This document shows positions 10,396 to 20,692 of a stretch of 64,000 nucleotides of DNA, piece by piece. Under the pieces are notes generated by a model. The model ran no database searches and was not told the DNA's origin. It worked only from the letters and a program-made list of their open reading frames with translations. The translations under genes and the position numbers were made by a program. Numbering within the stretch: the stretch's first letter is position 1; each line of letters starts with the position of its first letter. Source of the DNA: an uncultured virus (IMG/VR IMGVR_UViG_3300032293_000679) (Duplodnaviria > Heunggongvirae > Uroviricota > Caudoviricetes); IMG/VR virus record IMGVR_UViG_3300032293_000679; one strand, written 5' to 3'.

Positions 10396-11613
10396 TTAAT
10401 ATGTGTATTCCCCAATGTGACCAATAGGGATAGAGCCATCGCACCATATCTCTTTACCCATTTCATTGAGTCTTTTGCAGAAATTAATATCCTCTCCAAT
10501 AAAAGTTCCATCAGGAAAGCGACCATAATCAAAAGGATGAACCATATATCTAATTGCTGCAAGTCTGATTAGCATAAATCCTGTAGGTATAGCAAACACT
10601 TTTTCTAGTCCCTTTGACATATCGTAGTCATAGATATTACCTTGTGCGTCTATATTCTTAACAGTGCCGTGTGCAGGTAATTGTCTTATATTGTAAGACC
10701 CACCTACGACATCTTTGTTGTGAGCTAGTAATTTTAGAATACCGTCTTCTGGAAACTTTAAATCTGCATCAACAAACATAAGATAGTCAGAGCCGTTATT
10801 AATTGCGCCATACACTATTTCATTTCTCATTTGATGCAAGTATGTTCCAATCTCAAAATCAAAATCCACATCATACCCATTCTGACTAGTCTTTACTATT
10901 GCGTTTATAATTGACCCTACAGTTTTTACATGGACATCACCCCTAGTTGGGACACCAATTGTTATCTTAGTTCTTTTAACTAAATAGTCTCTATCCTTTT
11001 CAAATAGGTTATAATAAAAATTCATATTAGCTCTTCCGTTACCATGAACCACAAACGGTCTGTAGCCTGTACTATTATTAAATAGATACCCATCCGCAAC
11101 CCTAAAGTCTGATGCAGGTATTCTAAATAAAGTTTGAAATGTAGTGCAGTTATAATCAACAGGAATGTTGTATTGCAATACCTTTTTAATTAACCATGCT
11201 TGGTCATCATCAGTTTCGGCAGGAGTATCTTCTTCAAACAAACGCATAAAGAAATCTGATTGCATATAGAATCCACCTGCGTTTGGATACTTAAATCTTT
11301 CTTGACTAGTAAAATTTAAAGCCATCTCTGGATCATTTTTACCTGTCCAGCAATTTACCTCGCCAGACACATAGTTATCTGCAATAGGAGTAAATTCACT
11401 ACTCTTACGAATCATTAATGTGTCAAAAGCATCTGTGAATAAAAAATCTTTTTCTTGTGGATTATGTTTAAGAAATGCATATATGCCATGCATCTTGCTT
11501 GAAGCTCCAATCCACTCGCCTTCAATAACCATGTAACGCCATCCGAATGTGTTTAAAGAGGCTTCTAACATGGCACACCTCTCTCTGTTGTCAGTAACTG
11601 TTAATACTATCAT
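10396..11613 (-). CDS. Two-domain glycosyltransferase (PLOD-type GT-A domain + GT2-like domain)
   Basis: N-domain FTDAFD, SGEVNCW, YPNAGGFY, DDDQ, FQTL, HGNG; C-domain MFVDAD, TGFMLI, GEDINFC, IGHIG. Confidence 0.8.
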   Translation of the reverse strand: MIVLTVTDNRERCAMLEASLNTFGWRYMVIEGEWIGASSKMHGIYAFLKHNPQEKDFLFTDAFDTLMIRKSSEFTPIADNYVSGEVNCWTGKNDPEMALNFTSQERFKYPNAGGFYMQSDFFMRLFEEDTPAETDDDQAWLIKKVLQYNIPVDYNCTTFQTLFRIPASDFRVADGYLFNNSTGYRPFVVHGNGRANMNFYYNLFEKDRDYLVKRTKITIGVPTRGDVHVKTVGSIINAIVKTSQNGYDVDFDFEIGTYLHQMRNEIVYGAINNGSDYLMFVDADLKFPEDGILKLLAHNKDVVGGSYNIRQLPAHGTVKNIDAQGNIYDYDMSKGLEKVFAIPTGFMLIRLAAIRYMVHPFDYGRFPDGTFIGEDINFCKRLNEMGKEIWCDGSIPIGHIGEYTY

Positions 11614-11651
11614 ACTTTCTTTTCTTTTTTGTTAAGCGCAAATATATGTAT

Positions 11652-11692
11652 AAAAAAACACAAAGCCCACCCTAAAAAGAGTGAGCCTTGTG
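11652..11692 (-). terminator. Intrinsic terminator after capsid operon
   Basis: Minus strand CACAAGGCTCACTCT-TTTT-AGGGTGGGCTTTGTG followed by T7. Confidence 0.75.
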
Positions 11693-11718
11693 CGGAAACA
11701 TATGAAAGAAAAGAAAGG

Positions 11719-12801
11719 TTACAAAGGAAGCGCTCTCCACTTGAACAAGTTCAAGTAGCTACCAGATGTTAAAGCAGTAGTGTTGCTTGACACATAAGTT
11801 GTGCTACTTAAAGTACCCAACACCTTACTAATAACAGGAGTAGAGATAGAAACTAAGTAGTCACCACCTACAACATCAACTGAACTTAAAGCTCCAGTTA
11901 CAGTTTGTACTTGAGTTGTGCTATTTAAAGCTCCAGCAGTAATTGCTGTAGTTAAAGCACTTCCAACTACTCTGTATCCAGATTGTAATCCAGTGATTGT
12001 ACCGTAAGTACCGAATAAATCAGAGTAATTAGTAATTGTTGAAGTAGAAGCAGCACCTGAACCTTGCGCTGAAGTTCCGAAAAGAACTAATACAACAGCT
12101 TGGTTAGTTGAAATCTCACCTCTGAATGCGCTAGAACCAGAGTATCCAGTTCCTAGGTAGTCAATAACTACTTCAGTGTAGTAAGAAGTTGGAGTCAAGT
12201 TAGCCAATTCGCTGTAGATAAGAGCATTACCAGCAGCTGAGTAAGCATACTTAGCCTGTAAAGCTGAACCTAAACCAGCAGAGATTTTACCTGCTGTTCC
12301 ATTAGCAGCACTAACATTTGTGAAAATATCAGTAGCACTAGTTCCACTCAAAGAAGTCATAGAAGCAAGTGAGCCACCAACTGTGAACAAAGGATAACCA
12401 GCAGCTGAGGTCAAAACCATTGTACCAGTACCTGTTGCACTTGATGTTACTGAGAAATCACCATCCAATGTAGCGGTAGCAAAAATAGCTTTTGCTTGGT
12501 CGCAAATTGTTGTAGCTGTAGCCGCACTAGAAGAAGTGAAAGATATACTTACTGTTCTAGGTATGCCAGTTGATTTAGCAAAACCACTGATGTAGAATGT
12601 ATATACTGTGCTATTAGCAGCTGTAGGGGTAATCGTAATTACACCAGCAACTTCTGCTACTGAAGTGTTAATTGCAACATTTCTCACATTATAAGCATCT
12701 GCAATTGCACCGCTAGCGATATTTAAGATTCCATCTGAACCTACTGAAACATCAGTACCTAATGTAGTTACTGTGTTTAAAACTTTTAATGTACTTATCA
12801 T
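11719..12801 (-). CDS. Auxiliary capsid/decoration protein
   Basis: 360 aa rich in S/T/A/G, co-transcribed directly after the major capsid gene and before a terminator. Confidence 0.55.
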   Translation of the reverse strand: MISTLKVLNTVTTLGTDVSVGSDGILNIASGAIADAYNVRNVAINTSVAEVAGVITITPTAANSTVYTFYISGFAKSTGIPRTVSISFTSSSAATATTICDQAKAIFATATLDGDFSVTSSATGTGTMVLTSAAGYPLFTVGGSLASMTSLSGTSATDIFTNVSAANGTAGKISAGLGSALQAKYAYSAAGNALIYSELANLTPTSYYTEVVIDYLGTGYSGSSAFRGEISTNQAVVLVLFGTSAQGSGAASTSTITNYSDLFGTYGTITGLQSGYRVVGSALTTAITAGALNSTTQVQTVTGALSSVDVVGGDYLVSISTPVISKVLGTLSSTTYVSSNTTALTSGSYLNLFKWRALPL

Positions 12802-12834
12802 TTTATTATTTATTATTTATTATTCGTTAAACAA

Positions 12835-14169
12835 TTAGTTACCATGATACATACAAGCCGCAGGATTCATTAACTGAGTTTGCTTATCCAAAGTGAAGTT
12901 GATTTGACATCCCTTCTTATCGGTAGCACCGTTAGTTACAGGATTTCCTTTGCTGTCCATAGAACCAGCAACTTCCCATCTTTGAACATCCGCAGTATTA
13001 CCAAAGTAGTAGTCACATACAAATGGTACGCTCATACCTTGTTCAGTCTTACAAGCATCAGTATTCATGAAGATAGCACTTCTACTTCTGTTTGAATAAC
13101 CAGTTGTTGTGTCAACTCCAAAGATTTGTTTGTTATCTAGGAATGCATCTTTGATGAACTTCAATTTCAATCCTTCAAAGCCATAAGTGTAGATATTTAA
13201 ACCTTCAACTTCTTGACCACCCAATACATTGTGCTTACCAGCAGTTACTACATACTGAGCTAAAGACTCTTGAATATCACCTAAGTATTGAGAACCGCAA
13301 AGAACTACGATTTCATCACCTGTAAAACCACCATTGGTAACATAGTCTCTGATAACACTCTTCAAAGTTGTTTCAGTTACTTGTCCAGAGATACCTCTTG
13401 AGAATCCACCCATAGTGTTGATTTGGTTAATCAAAGAAGCACCAACAGGCTTGTTAGCATCAGCAACAGCAGCAACATTTGAATACAAACGAGCATAGTA
13501 AGTTTGCATCATACGCTGTAAAGCTTGAGATTCTTTTTGCAAAGCATAGAAATCTGAACCATACTGATTCTTGATGTAAGTTTTGTTGTTAACATCTTCG
13601 TGAGAAATGTAAGCACCAGCATCATACTGAGCAATGTAGTTGCTGTATTCAGTAGGCAAAGTGAAAACTGTCTCAGGAGTTAAACGGTTGTTGATGTTAC
13701 CTAAAGCACCACGGTCTGAAACTAATTGACCAGCAGCAAAGTCAGCAGCAGCAAAAGCAGTTGTTCCAGTTCCAGTTGGTGAGTACACGCAACGAAGGGT
13801 CATAGCACCATCTGTCTTAGCTACAACTTCAGCTAAACATCCACTAGTTGAGTAAACTGCGTTACCTACAGGGATTGAGCTAAAAGTGTTGTCTGACAAA
13901 GTTAAAGGTAATAATGCACCCACTAAAGAACCTCTTACAGAGATAGTAGCAGCAGGAAAATCATTTGGTTGACGATTGATGTTGAATTTACGGTTGGTTG
14001 CTTTTTTCAAAACAGCACCGTCTAACACATCAATTAATTTTGACAAAGCAGGTCTTGCGAACTGTGGGTTCATAATAGGAACTAACTGTTCAACAAAACG
14101 AGGTGTCAAATTGCGTTGGTCAAAAATTGACACTAACGCTTCTTGATTTGAAATAAATGGACTTGACAT
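12835..14169 (-). CDS. Major capsid protein
   Basis: 444 aa after portal and scaffold; HK97-like C-terminal pattern (IVVLCGSQYLGDI, IYTYGFEGLKLKFIKDAFLD, QLMNPAACMY). Confidence 0.75.
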   Translation of the reverse strand: MSSPFISNQEALVSIFDQRNLTPRFVEQLVPIMNPQFARPALSKLIDVLDGAVLKKATNRKFNINRQPNDFPAATISVRGSLVGALLPLTLSDNTFSSIPVGNAVYSTSGCLAEVVAKTDGAMTLRCVYSPTGTGTTAFAAADFAAGQLVSDRGALGNINNRLTPETVFTLPTEYSNYIAQYDAGAYISHEDVNNKTYIKNQYGSDFYALQKESQALQRMMQTYYARLYSNVAAVADANKPVGASLINQINTMGGFSRGISGQVTETTLKSVIRDYVTNGGFTGDEIVVLCGSQYLGDIQESLAQYVVTAGKHNVLGGQEVEGLNIYTYGFEGLKLKFIKDAFLDNKQIFGVDTTTGYSNRSRSAIFMNTDACKTEQGMSVPFVCDYYFGNTADVQRWEVAGSMDSKGNPVTNGATDKKGCQINFTLDKQTQLMNPAACMYHGN

Positions 14170-14196
14170 TTTGTTTTATTTTTTGGGTTTTAAATT

Positions 14197-15240
14197 TTAA
14201 TCTATATTAATCACTTTTTGATTCATGTTCATGCCTAAGCCTTTGAAGTTTTCTTTAAAGGCATCTGGCTTTTGAGATTCTGGAGAAGAGCCTCTAGATG
14301 ATTTGTCTGGGTTTGCAAAGTTTTTAAGCGTACCCTTCTTTCCCATCTCAAATGCATTCTCAGCAATCTTCTGCCAGTTTTCTAGGATGAACTTGTCAAC
14401 CATAAATTTCTGTGCATCTAAATTACCTTTTGCATCTACATAAGGAGCTATCTCGTTCATGTTGTAATTCTGCTTTACTTTCTCCACATACTCCTTAGTA
14501 AGTTTCACGCCATACAAGTCACCATCAACTAACTTTGCACTTGCGCTTTCTATCTGTGCCAAGTCTTGTTCCTTGATTGCCTTTTCATTTTCAGCAATCT
14601 TTTCTGGAGTTAATTGGTTAGCTTTAACTTGGGCTTCATACTCAAGTAGTTCCCTCATAATGTCATCTCCACTATTTGTTCTGCTAAATTCCTCTCTGAG
14701 ATCCCTGTGGATTCTTGCCAACTCAAGTCTTGATTTACCTTCCAAGCTTTGCATTTCTTCTGCAATAGCCTCTTCAAGTTCTTCTCCTTCTAGGGCAAAC
14801 TCATTTTTAATCTTAGCTTCAATTAGCTTCTCAATTGGCAATTGACCAACATCATTACCTACAATCTTCTTTGCTACCTCCTTAAGGTCTTTACCAAGTT
14901 CTAGGGCTTTAACCAAAGGGTTATTCTTAATAGTCTCAAGCTGTTGGCGATACGCCTCTAACTCATCTAACTTCTTTTGAACATCCTCGCTTAAAGCTTT
15001 TGTCTCTGGTTCAGACTTAGGTTCTTCCTTAATCTTTTCAAAGAGCGAATTAATTCTTTCTTCAGATTCCTCTGTTTTAACAAGCTCTTCTTTTACAGGC
15101 TCTTGCTTTACAGGTTCTTCTGTTTGTTTTTCTTCTGTAGTCTCTTCAGTTTTTGCTGGAGTTTCTTCAGTCTTGTTTTCTGCCTGAGCTTTAAACCATT
15201 GGTCTAAAGTTCCAGATTTTACCATTTCTTCGTCTTGCAT
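14197..15240 (-). CDS. Capsid scaffolding protein
   Basis: Acidic E/K-rich coiled-coil protein between portal and major capsid gene. Confidence 0.7.
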   Translation of the reverse strand: MQDEEMVKSGTLDQWFKAQAENKTEETPAKTEETTEEKQTEEPVKQEPVKEELVKTEESEERINSLFEKIKEEPKSEPETKALSEDVQKKLDELEAYRQQLETIKNNPLVKALELGKDLKEVAKKIVGNDVGQLPIEKLIEAKIKNEFALEGEELEEAIAEEMQSLEGKSRLELARIHRDLREEFSRTNSGDDIMRELLEYEAQVKANQLTPEKIAENEKAIKEQDLAQIESASAKLVDGDLYGVKLTKEYVEKVKQNYNMNEIAPYVDAKGNLDAQKFMVDKFILENWQKIAENAFEMGKKGTLKNFANPDKSSRGSSPESQKPDAFKENFKGLGMNMNQKVINID

Positions 15241-15267
15241 AACTTTTTATTTATATTTTTCCAAGAA

Positions 15268-15334
15268 CAAAGATATGGTACTTGTATATTTTATTGGACA
15301 TTATTATATTTGTATGGTACTAACAAAGTACTCA
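15268..15334. promoter_or_regulatory. Divergent Bacteroidota promoters (scaffold/capsid leftward, RHH gene rightward) with GTACT boxes
   Basis: TATCTTTG on minus at 15268-15275; TATATTTG on plus at 15305-15312; GTACT boxes at 15278, 15317 and 15328. Confidence 0.65.
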
Positions 15335-15339
15335 CATCT

Positions 15340-15501
15340 ATGAAGGACAAAGACAAAATCATAAAAGACCACATAAAAATGTATGTGCTTCCGCACAGAA
15401 AACAAAAAATCCAAGAAACCGCTAAGTCGCTTGGATTTTCTGATAGTCAATTTTTATTGCAGTGCTACAACTTTTGGTCACAGCACAATAACAAGAGTTA
15501 A
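15340..15501 (+). CDS. Small ribbon-helix-helix-like DNA-binding protein (53 aa), antisense to the structural block
   Basis: MKDKDKIIKDHIKMYVLPHRKQKIQETAKSLGFSDSQFLLQCY fits the beta-helix-G-x-S-x-S-helix pattern; has its own promoter. Confidence 0.6.
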   Translation: MKDKDKIIKDHIKMYVLPHRKQKIQETAKSLGFSDSQFLLQCYNFWSQHNNKS

Positions 15502-17561
15502 ATCATCCCCTGTTTCATAGCCTCTTTATCAAGACCTGCCTGAGCTTGTATGTCAGCTTGTTCTAGTTGAGTCTGTTGAGCCATCTGCGCTTGAGCCATT
15601 TGTTGCTCCATCTGAGCCTGTTGCTGTTGTTGTGCAATAATCTCCTTACGCTTTTCAACTGCTGTGAAGAAGTTATACATCTGACTCTTATTGTTAATCT
15701 GTAACAACTTAATATATTCACTAATGGTCATTGCTCCATTCTGTGCAAGACCTAGAGCAAACTGTTTCAAGCCTTCTTTCTCTTGTTCGCTGATAACATC
15801 TGAAGGATTGATGTCAAGCAAGAAGTCTTCAAACTGCATCTTTCTTACATCCTCTTCTTTCAATACCTCAACCATAGCATCACCAATAACAAGAGGTAAG
15901 TTACCTTCTTCTTTCTCAGGCAATACCAACTTAGCCAAGTCTGAGCTATATTCTAATGCGTTCTTAATCCACAACATGATGTTGTCATAGTACCAAGCCA
16001 ATCCATTTGAAGATTGAGCAAGGTTAGATGTAACCTGCATTGCACTCTGGTAGTTTGCTTGGAATCCACGCACTTGGTTTGGTAGATTGATAATATCAGC
16101 CAACACATTGTCGTAATACTGAACCATTTCTAAGTAGTATCTGATATTAGGGTCTAATGTCCAATCAAGAGCTTCAACAAGATTCTGTCTCTTACCATCT
16201 GGTGTCTCATCTATATCAGCACCTTCAAGCACAATCATGTTAGCTTGCTTCAACTGAGAGATAACATCTGGTGCAGTTAATCCTTCTGGCAACTTGCTTG
16301 CGTTAACCACAAATGACTTACCGATAGCACGGCTACCAAGTTCAACCATCTTAGTTGCAAAGGCATCCTTAATATCTTGGTATCTCTTTAACATACCAAC
16401 GATACCTAAATTAGTACCAAGTATAGTATTCGGAGTAACAACTCTGAATTTTAATCTCTTTCTACTCTTATCGTATTTGTTCCATACCTGACCTTCAGAA
16501 ACCTTGCAGTCTCTCATGTACTTGTTACCAATCAATACGCCTTCTCTCAACACCTCAACCCACTCTCCATCAATCTTTTCAAGAGACCTCCACTGACCTT
16601 CTACAACCATGACCTTTGGAACACCGTTGTTCATCTGCCACCACATAAGACCATTAACACCTACATAAGTATTATACTGCGCCCACATAGTGCTAGACTT
16701 AGCCATTGTCTGTAAGTCTTCAATCTCTGCGTCAGTCCATTTGTATCTGTCAATTAAGTCAGGTACACTCATACTAACAATGCGACCACCGTAATCATCA
16801 TCTTCGTGTTGGTCATCATTCTTACTCATATCAATGATAGCACTCTCTGGCGGAACAATCTGCCATTTGATTTGACCACCATGTTCATATACCATAATGC
16901 AACCTACTCCACCTATTGAGATGTAGTCAGCTACCTTTGGAATGATTTGTTTAAACTTGTTTACGATTAAGATGTGCTTGGCAATATTTTGGTAAGCAAT
17001 CTCCATTGACTCTTGAAAGTCTTCAAGATACTTATCCAACTCCTCTTGAGATTCAAAGTTTCTGTCAATAGGCTTGAAACCTACGCCTGTTTGCATTTCA
17101 ATCAAATCAAAGAAGACTTGGTTCTGTGCCTTTAACTTAATAAAGTCCATTATCTCCTTCTTTGCAGACACAGCATCTTTAGAATACGCTGTTACATTGA
17201 TTGTCTTTGGTAGGTTCTCAATCATCTTTCTTACCACGCCATTGATGTGTAAAACAATTTTAGTCACATCCATGCCACGCACCATAGGGAACTTGGTTGA
17301 CTGACCTAGTTCGTCTTGAACAAAGAAGCCGAAGTCTGATGGCTTTTGTCTGCCAAAAAAGTATTGTGCTTGTTGAAGATATGAAGTAACATATCTTGAG
17401 TCATCAGAAGATGACGCTGCTGATGTACTGTCTACGCCAACATTAAACAACCTTCTATTCCACTGTGCGGAAATAAAGCGAAGGTTTTTCATGTATTCTT
17501 CTTCTGTAAATTCAACCGCTTGATTTGGCTGAACTCCAGTTGCCCCATATAAGCTACTCAT
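15498..17561 (-). CDS. Portal protein
   Basis: 687 aa after terminase; Q-rich coiled-coil C-terminus typical of podoviral portals. Confidence 0.85.
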   Translation of the reverse strand: MSSLYGATGVQPNQAVEFTEEEYMKNLRFISAQWNRRLFNVGVDSTSAASSSDDSRYVTSYLQQAQYFFGRQKPSDFGFFVQDELGQSTKFPMVRGMDVTKIVLHINGVVRKMIENLPKTINVTAYSKDAVSAKKEIMDFIKLKAQNQVFFDLIEMQTGVGFKPIDRNFESQEELDKYLEDFQESMEIAYQNIAKHILIVNKFKQIIPKVADYISIGGVGCIMVYEHGGQIKWQIVPPESAIIDMSKNDDQHEDDDYGGRIVSMSVPDLIDRYKWTDAEIEDLQTMAKSSTMWAQYNTYVGVNGLMWWQMNNGVPKVMVVEGQWRSLEKIDGEWVEVLREGVLIGNKYMRDCKVSEGQVWNKYDKSRKRLKFRVVTPNTILGTNLGIVGMLKRYQDIKDAFATKMVELGSRAIGKSFVVNASKLPEGLTAPDVISQLKQANMIVLEGADIDETPDGKRQNLVEALDWTLDPNIRYYLEMVQYYDNVLADIINLPNQVRGFQANYQSAMQVTSNLAQSSNGLAWYYDNIMLWIKNALEYSSDLAKLVLPEKEEGNLPLVIGDAMVEVLKEEDVRKMQFEDFLLDINPSDVISEQEKEGLKQFALGLAQNGAMTISEYIKLLQINNKSQMYNFFTAVEKRKEIIAQQQQQAQMEQQMAQAQMAQQTQLEQADIQAQAGLDKEAMKQGMI

Positions 17562-17637
17562 TCTTAATTATTTTAATTCAAAAATAAGCGAAAATATGAT
17601 AACTTTCAAGATATTCGCTTAGAGCAAATATACGGAA

Positions 17638-19473
17638 TTATGTTCTAATTTCCTTATCATACCACTCTGGGGTCATTTTACCATCTACCATGACATACTT
17701 AACCATCTTGATTTTCCTTACCTCTCTCTTCTTAATGTTGTGAGAAAGAATGTCTCCGCTACCCCATCCGTACAGGGCAGCTAAGAATGCGTCAAGAATA
17801 TCCGTATTGTCATTCTCCCCTTTGGTAGCATCTATGAGTAGGTCTTTAAAGAAGACAAGGTGTGCATACTTCTTAAAGTAGATGTTGCCTGCTTCTATCT
17901 GCCATCTCAATATCTGGTCAGCACGATAGAACCATGGCTTAGACTTGTCAACCCAACCACTCTTACTCAAATCCTTTCTGAGCATAATGCACTTTGATAA
18001 ACCTTCATTGATGATCATCTGTAGTAGATTCTCAGCACCTGCGTTTAACTCGCACATTATCTTTGCCCTGCCATAGGTGTTGTATAGCTTCAATAGGTTG
18101 ATAACCTGTATGTTTGCGTGTTCAATTGACTTGGGTCTTTCCATGTATGTTGCAACAGGACAGAACTGTAAGTCAGCTTGTGGGTCTATCCCTTTAGTAA
18201 CAATAGCTGCATACTTAGAGTTTGTCTTAGCAGAACTGGTTAGGTCTGAGGTCATAATAGTATCCCCACCAATAATATAGTCAACTCCTTGCTTTGGTTG
18301 CTCTAAGATTAGGATTGGACTTGTAGTTGTTGGTGTTGATATAGCTGCGTCCTTTGATATTAATATCTTATGCGGTACAGGCAAATCCTTTACCTTTGGC
18401 AACTCTCTTATCTGTGCATTAACCTTTTCTACTGTGTACTCATCAAATAAACCACCAGCACTAAACTCAAAGATTTCTTCTACAGACAATGGATTGTTCT
18501 TGATGTATGCAGTCAACTGACTCTTATCTTCAAGCTTGGCTAACTCATCCCTCCTCTTTAAAATCTCTTCTCTTGCCTTGTCATGGTTAGAGTGACCATT
18601 GGTCATGTGCTTACCATAGGTTGCAGGTATGAATAAAGGTTTGATTCTTAGAGCCTCTGAGTTAGTCCATATCTCTTGTATCCTCTTAACATCTTCTGGC
18701 TGAATGGTAGCCTCACAAGTTCCTCCAAGCAATAAGTATCCAATCATCTTGTTAATTGAATGGTCAAAGAAACACTCTCTTGCAGAAGGGAAGAAGGTCA
18801 TTAATCTTGGCATGAGTGGTGCTTCATCAGCAAACCCAAACATAGCTCCAAATCCAGAGAAGTTTGTTGCAGCCTTATCTGACTCTTGCGTGTCACGACA
18901 TACAAACTCCGACTCTCCATACTTCTCCTCACCATCGTCATTGATATACTTCATACCTATCTTTAGGTACGATTCATTTGCTGTTTGGTTCTTATTGATA
19001 AGGTCTGGCTTAATCCTTGCATTCATCTCCTCGTAAGCTACCATTGTCTTATCATTGAATAGAGCAGACATTGTCTTCTTATCCTTTGATGTTGCAATAC
19101 TCTTGCTATTAGGATATACTCTTGAGAAGTAGAAGGGCAGGTTGAAGCCCCATGATGATAAACCGATACCACGACCCTTTAATAAGAAGGTAGCATAGCC
19201 ATCGTCTGCTGACTGTTGTAGTGCCTTTGAGATAATGACATCTGCATCCCTAACTGTTGGATAAAATAAAGTACCTCTAACCCTGTCCTTTAACTTAACC
19301 TCTTGGGCATAGAAATACAGAAGACCATTGATGTCCTCATTGTAACCTTCTATCCAATACTTCTTTTGTTTAGCCCAATACTTCTGCTCTTCTAAAGCTG
19401 TCTTAAATACTGTTGGGTGTGGGATTCTTGTAAAGAAAGGTGCTGGGTCTTTTATGTTATCTATAATTGTCAT
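17638..19473 (-). CDS. terL: Terminase large subunit
   Basis: Walker A-like LLKGRGIGLS, Walker B FADEAP, motif III GGT, nuclease IGGD, ELN and DILDA; crAss-like YW...EGY N-terminus. Confidence 0.9.
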   Translation of the reverse strand: MTIIDNIKDPAPFFTRIPHPTVFKTALEEQKYWAKQKKYWIEGYNEDINGLLYFYAQEVKLKDRVRGTLFYPTVRDADVIISKALQQSADDGYATFLLKGRGIGLSSWGFNLPFYFSRVYPNSKSIATSKDKKTMSALFNDKTMVAYEEMNARIKPDLINKNQTANESYLKIGMKYINDDGEEKYGESEFVCRDTQESDKAATNFSGFGAMFGFADEAPLMPRLMTFFPSARECFFDHSINKMIGYLLLGGTCEATIQPEDVKRIQEIWTNSEALRIKPLFIPATYGKHMTNGHSNHDKAREEILKRRDELAKLEDKSQLTAYIKNNPLSVEEIFEFSAGGLFDEYTVEKVNAQIRELPKVKDLPVPHKILISKDAAISTPTTTSPILILEQPKQGVDYIIGGDTIMTSDLTSSAKTNSKYAAIVTKGIDPQADLQFCPVATYMERPKSIEHANIQVINLLKLYNTYGRAKIMCELNAGAENLLQMIINEGLSKCIMLRKDLSKSGWVDKSKPWFYRADQILRWQIEAGNIYFKKYAHLVFFKDLLIDATKGENDNTDILDAFLAALYGWGSGDILSHNIKKREVRKIKMVKYVMVDGKMTPEWYDKEIRT

Positions 19474-19772
19474 ATAGCAACCGTATTGCTCTTCTCAACT
19501 TTCTTGCTTGATGCCTTGTCTTGCACTATGAAGAATGATGCACCCTTCTCTAAAGATGACATAATCTTGTCACTTTCCTTTGCTAGCTGGAATACATTCT
19601 TAGCAAACGGATCGTTCTCAAAGTCAAGAGTCTTATTCTTGATTTCTTTTGTAATGTGAGCTACACCTTGCAATAATGCGGTGAAGAACTCTGCATGAGG
19701 CATATCCTCATACTTCTGAATTTTTTCCTTTAGCTCCTTGTTTTCTTTCTTTAGTTTCTCTAGTTCTGTCAT
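19470..19772 (-). CDS. Putative terminase small subunit
   Basis: 100-aa helical protein overlapping the terL start; positional inference only. Confidence 0.4.
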   Translation of the reverse strand: MTELEKLKKENKELKEKIQKYEDMPHAEFFTALLQGVAHITKEIKNKTLDFENDPFAKNVFQLAKESDKIMSSLEKGASFFIVQDKASSKKVEKSNTVAI

Positions 19773-20020
19773 TTCCTTGCTCTGTTTTTACTTGGTGATT
19801 CAATCTTGTACCCATCCTTCAGAGTGCCACCTTTCATTTTGGCTTTCTTGTGAGATACATCTCCGCCACCATTTCCATACATATCAAGCTCCCTTCTCTT
19901 TTGATTAAGCTCTGCTCTGTATTTCTTTTGAGATGGCTTCTTATTTATTTTCCTTTGCGCTTCCCTTCTCTTCTCAGCACTCTCAGGATTTTTCTTATAG
20001 AATTCGCTGGTTCTGCTCAT
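19769..20020 (-). CDS. Small basic HNH-like protein near terminase
   Basis: GGDVSHKK...ESPSKNRARK resembles a degenerate phage HNH (DVxH...NR). Confidence 0.5.
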   Translation of the reverse strand: MSRTSEFYKKNPESAEKRREAQRKINKKPSQKKYRAELNQKRRELDMYGNGGGDVSHKKAKMKGGTLKDGYKIESPSKNRARK

Positions 20021-20463
20021 TAGTTATAAACTTTAATAGTTAGTGGAGTCTTGTATAGTAAAGCATCAGACACAATGCCATTTGGAACATTTGTATTTAC
20101 AAGAAATGTTTCCAATTTTATTTGAGTTGTAGATAGATAAGATATCTTCATACTCACTTTGTTATATGGAGATGAAGTTACATCATAAGTACCATTATTA
20201 GTAACTGAAAAGCTTGTTTTATTTTCAACAAATATAGCTGTTGGACTTGTAATGTAATAAACTCCAGTTGAACTTCTGCTCAATACGAGGTTGCCATCAA
20301 AATCATCAACTAAAGAATTTACTGTAGGAGCTGATGTGCTTGCCTGAGTTATTAACACAGAATATTCCTTGTATGTTTTTTGAGGAAACAAGGTAGAGAA
20401 GTATGCGGTTAAATCGCTAATCTGTGTGCTATTAAATGCCTTTTTAAAAATTCCTAAGCTCAT
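20020..20463 (-). CDS. Virion/tail fibre-associated protein
   Basis: YKEYSVLITQ..APT, RSSTGVYYIT and IKVYN fibre-tip-like motifs. Confidence 0.55.
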   Translation of the reverse strand: MSLGIFKKAFNSTQISDLTAYFSTLFPQKTYKEYSVLITQASTSAPTVNSLVDDFDGNLVLSRSSTGVYYITSPTAIFVENKTSFSVTNNGTYDVTSSPYNKVSMKISYLSTTQIKLETFLVNTNVPNGIVSDALLYKTPLTIKVYN

Positions 20464-20464
20464 A

Positions 20465-20692
20465 TTAATTTACTATTACAATGTCTAATGCTGCATCCAT
20501 AGCAGCGTAATCTTCGTTATCTATTATTATTGCATACTGCTCGTAATCAAGCAATATAGCGTCAAAGCCATCAAGCTCTTTAGTAGGTATTCCCAACTCA
20601 AGCTGTTGACCTTTTATAGAAGCATTGTTTATATACTTCTTAGTCTGTGCGTTTGTTACAGACAACCTTATTGATTTATTCCTTATTGCCAC
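20465..20692 (-). CDS. Hypothetical virion protein
   Basis: 75-aa ORF in structural operon. Confidence 0.55.
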   Translation of the reverse strand: MAIRNKSIRLSVTNAQTKKYINNASIKGQQLELGIPTKELDGFDAILLDYEQYAIIIDNEDYAAMDAALDIVIVN

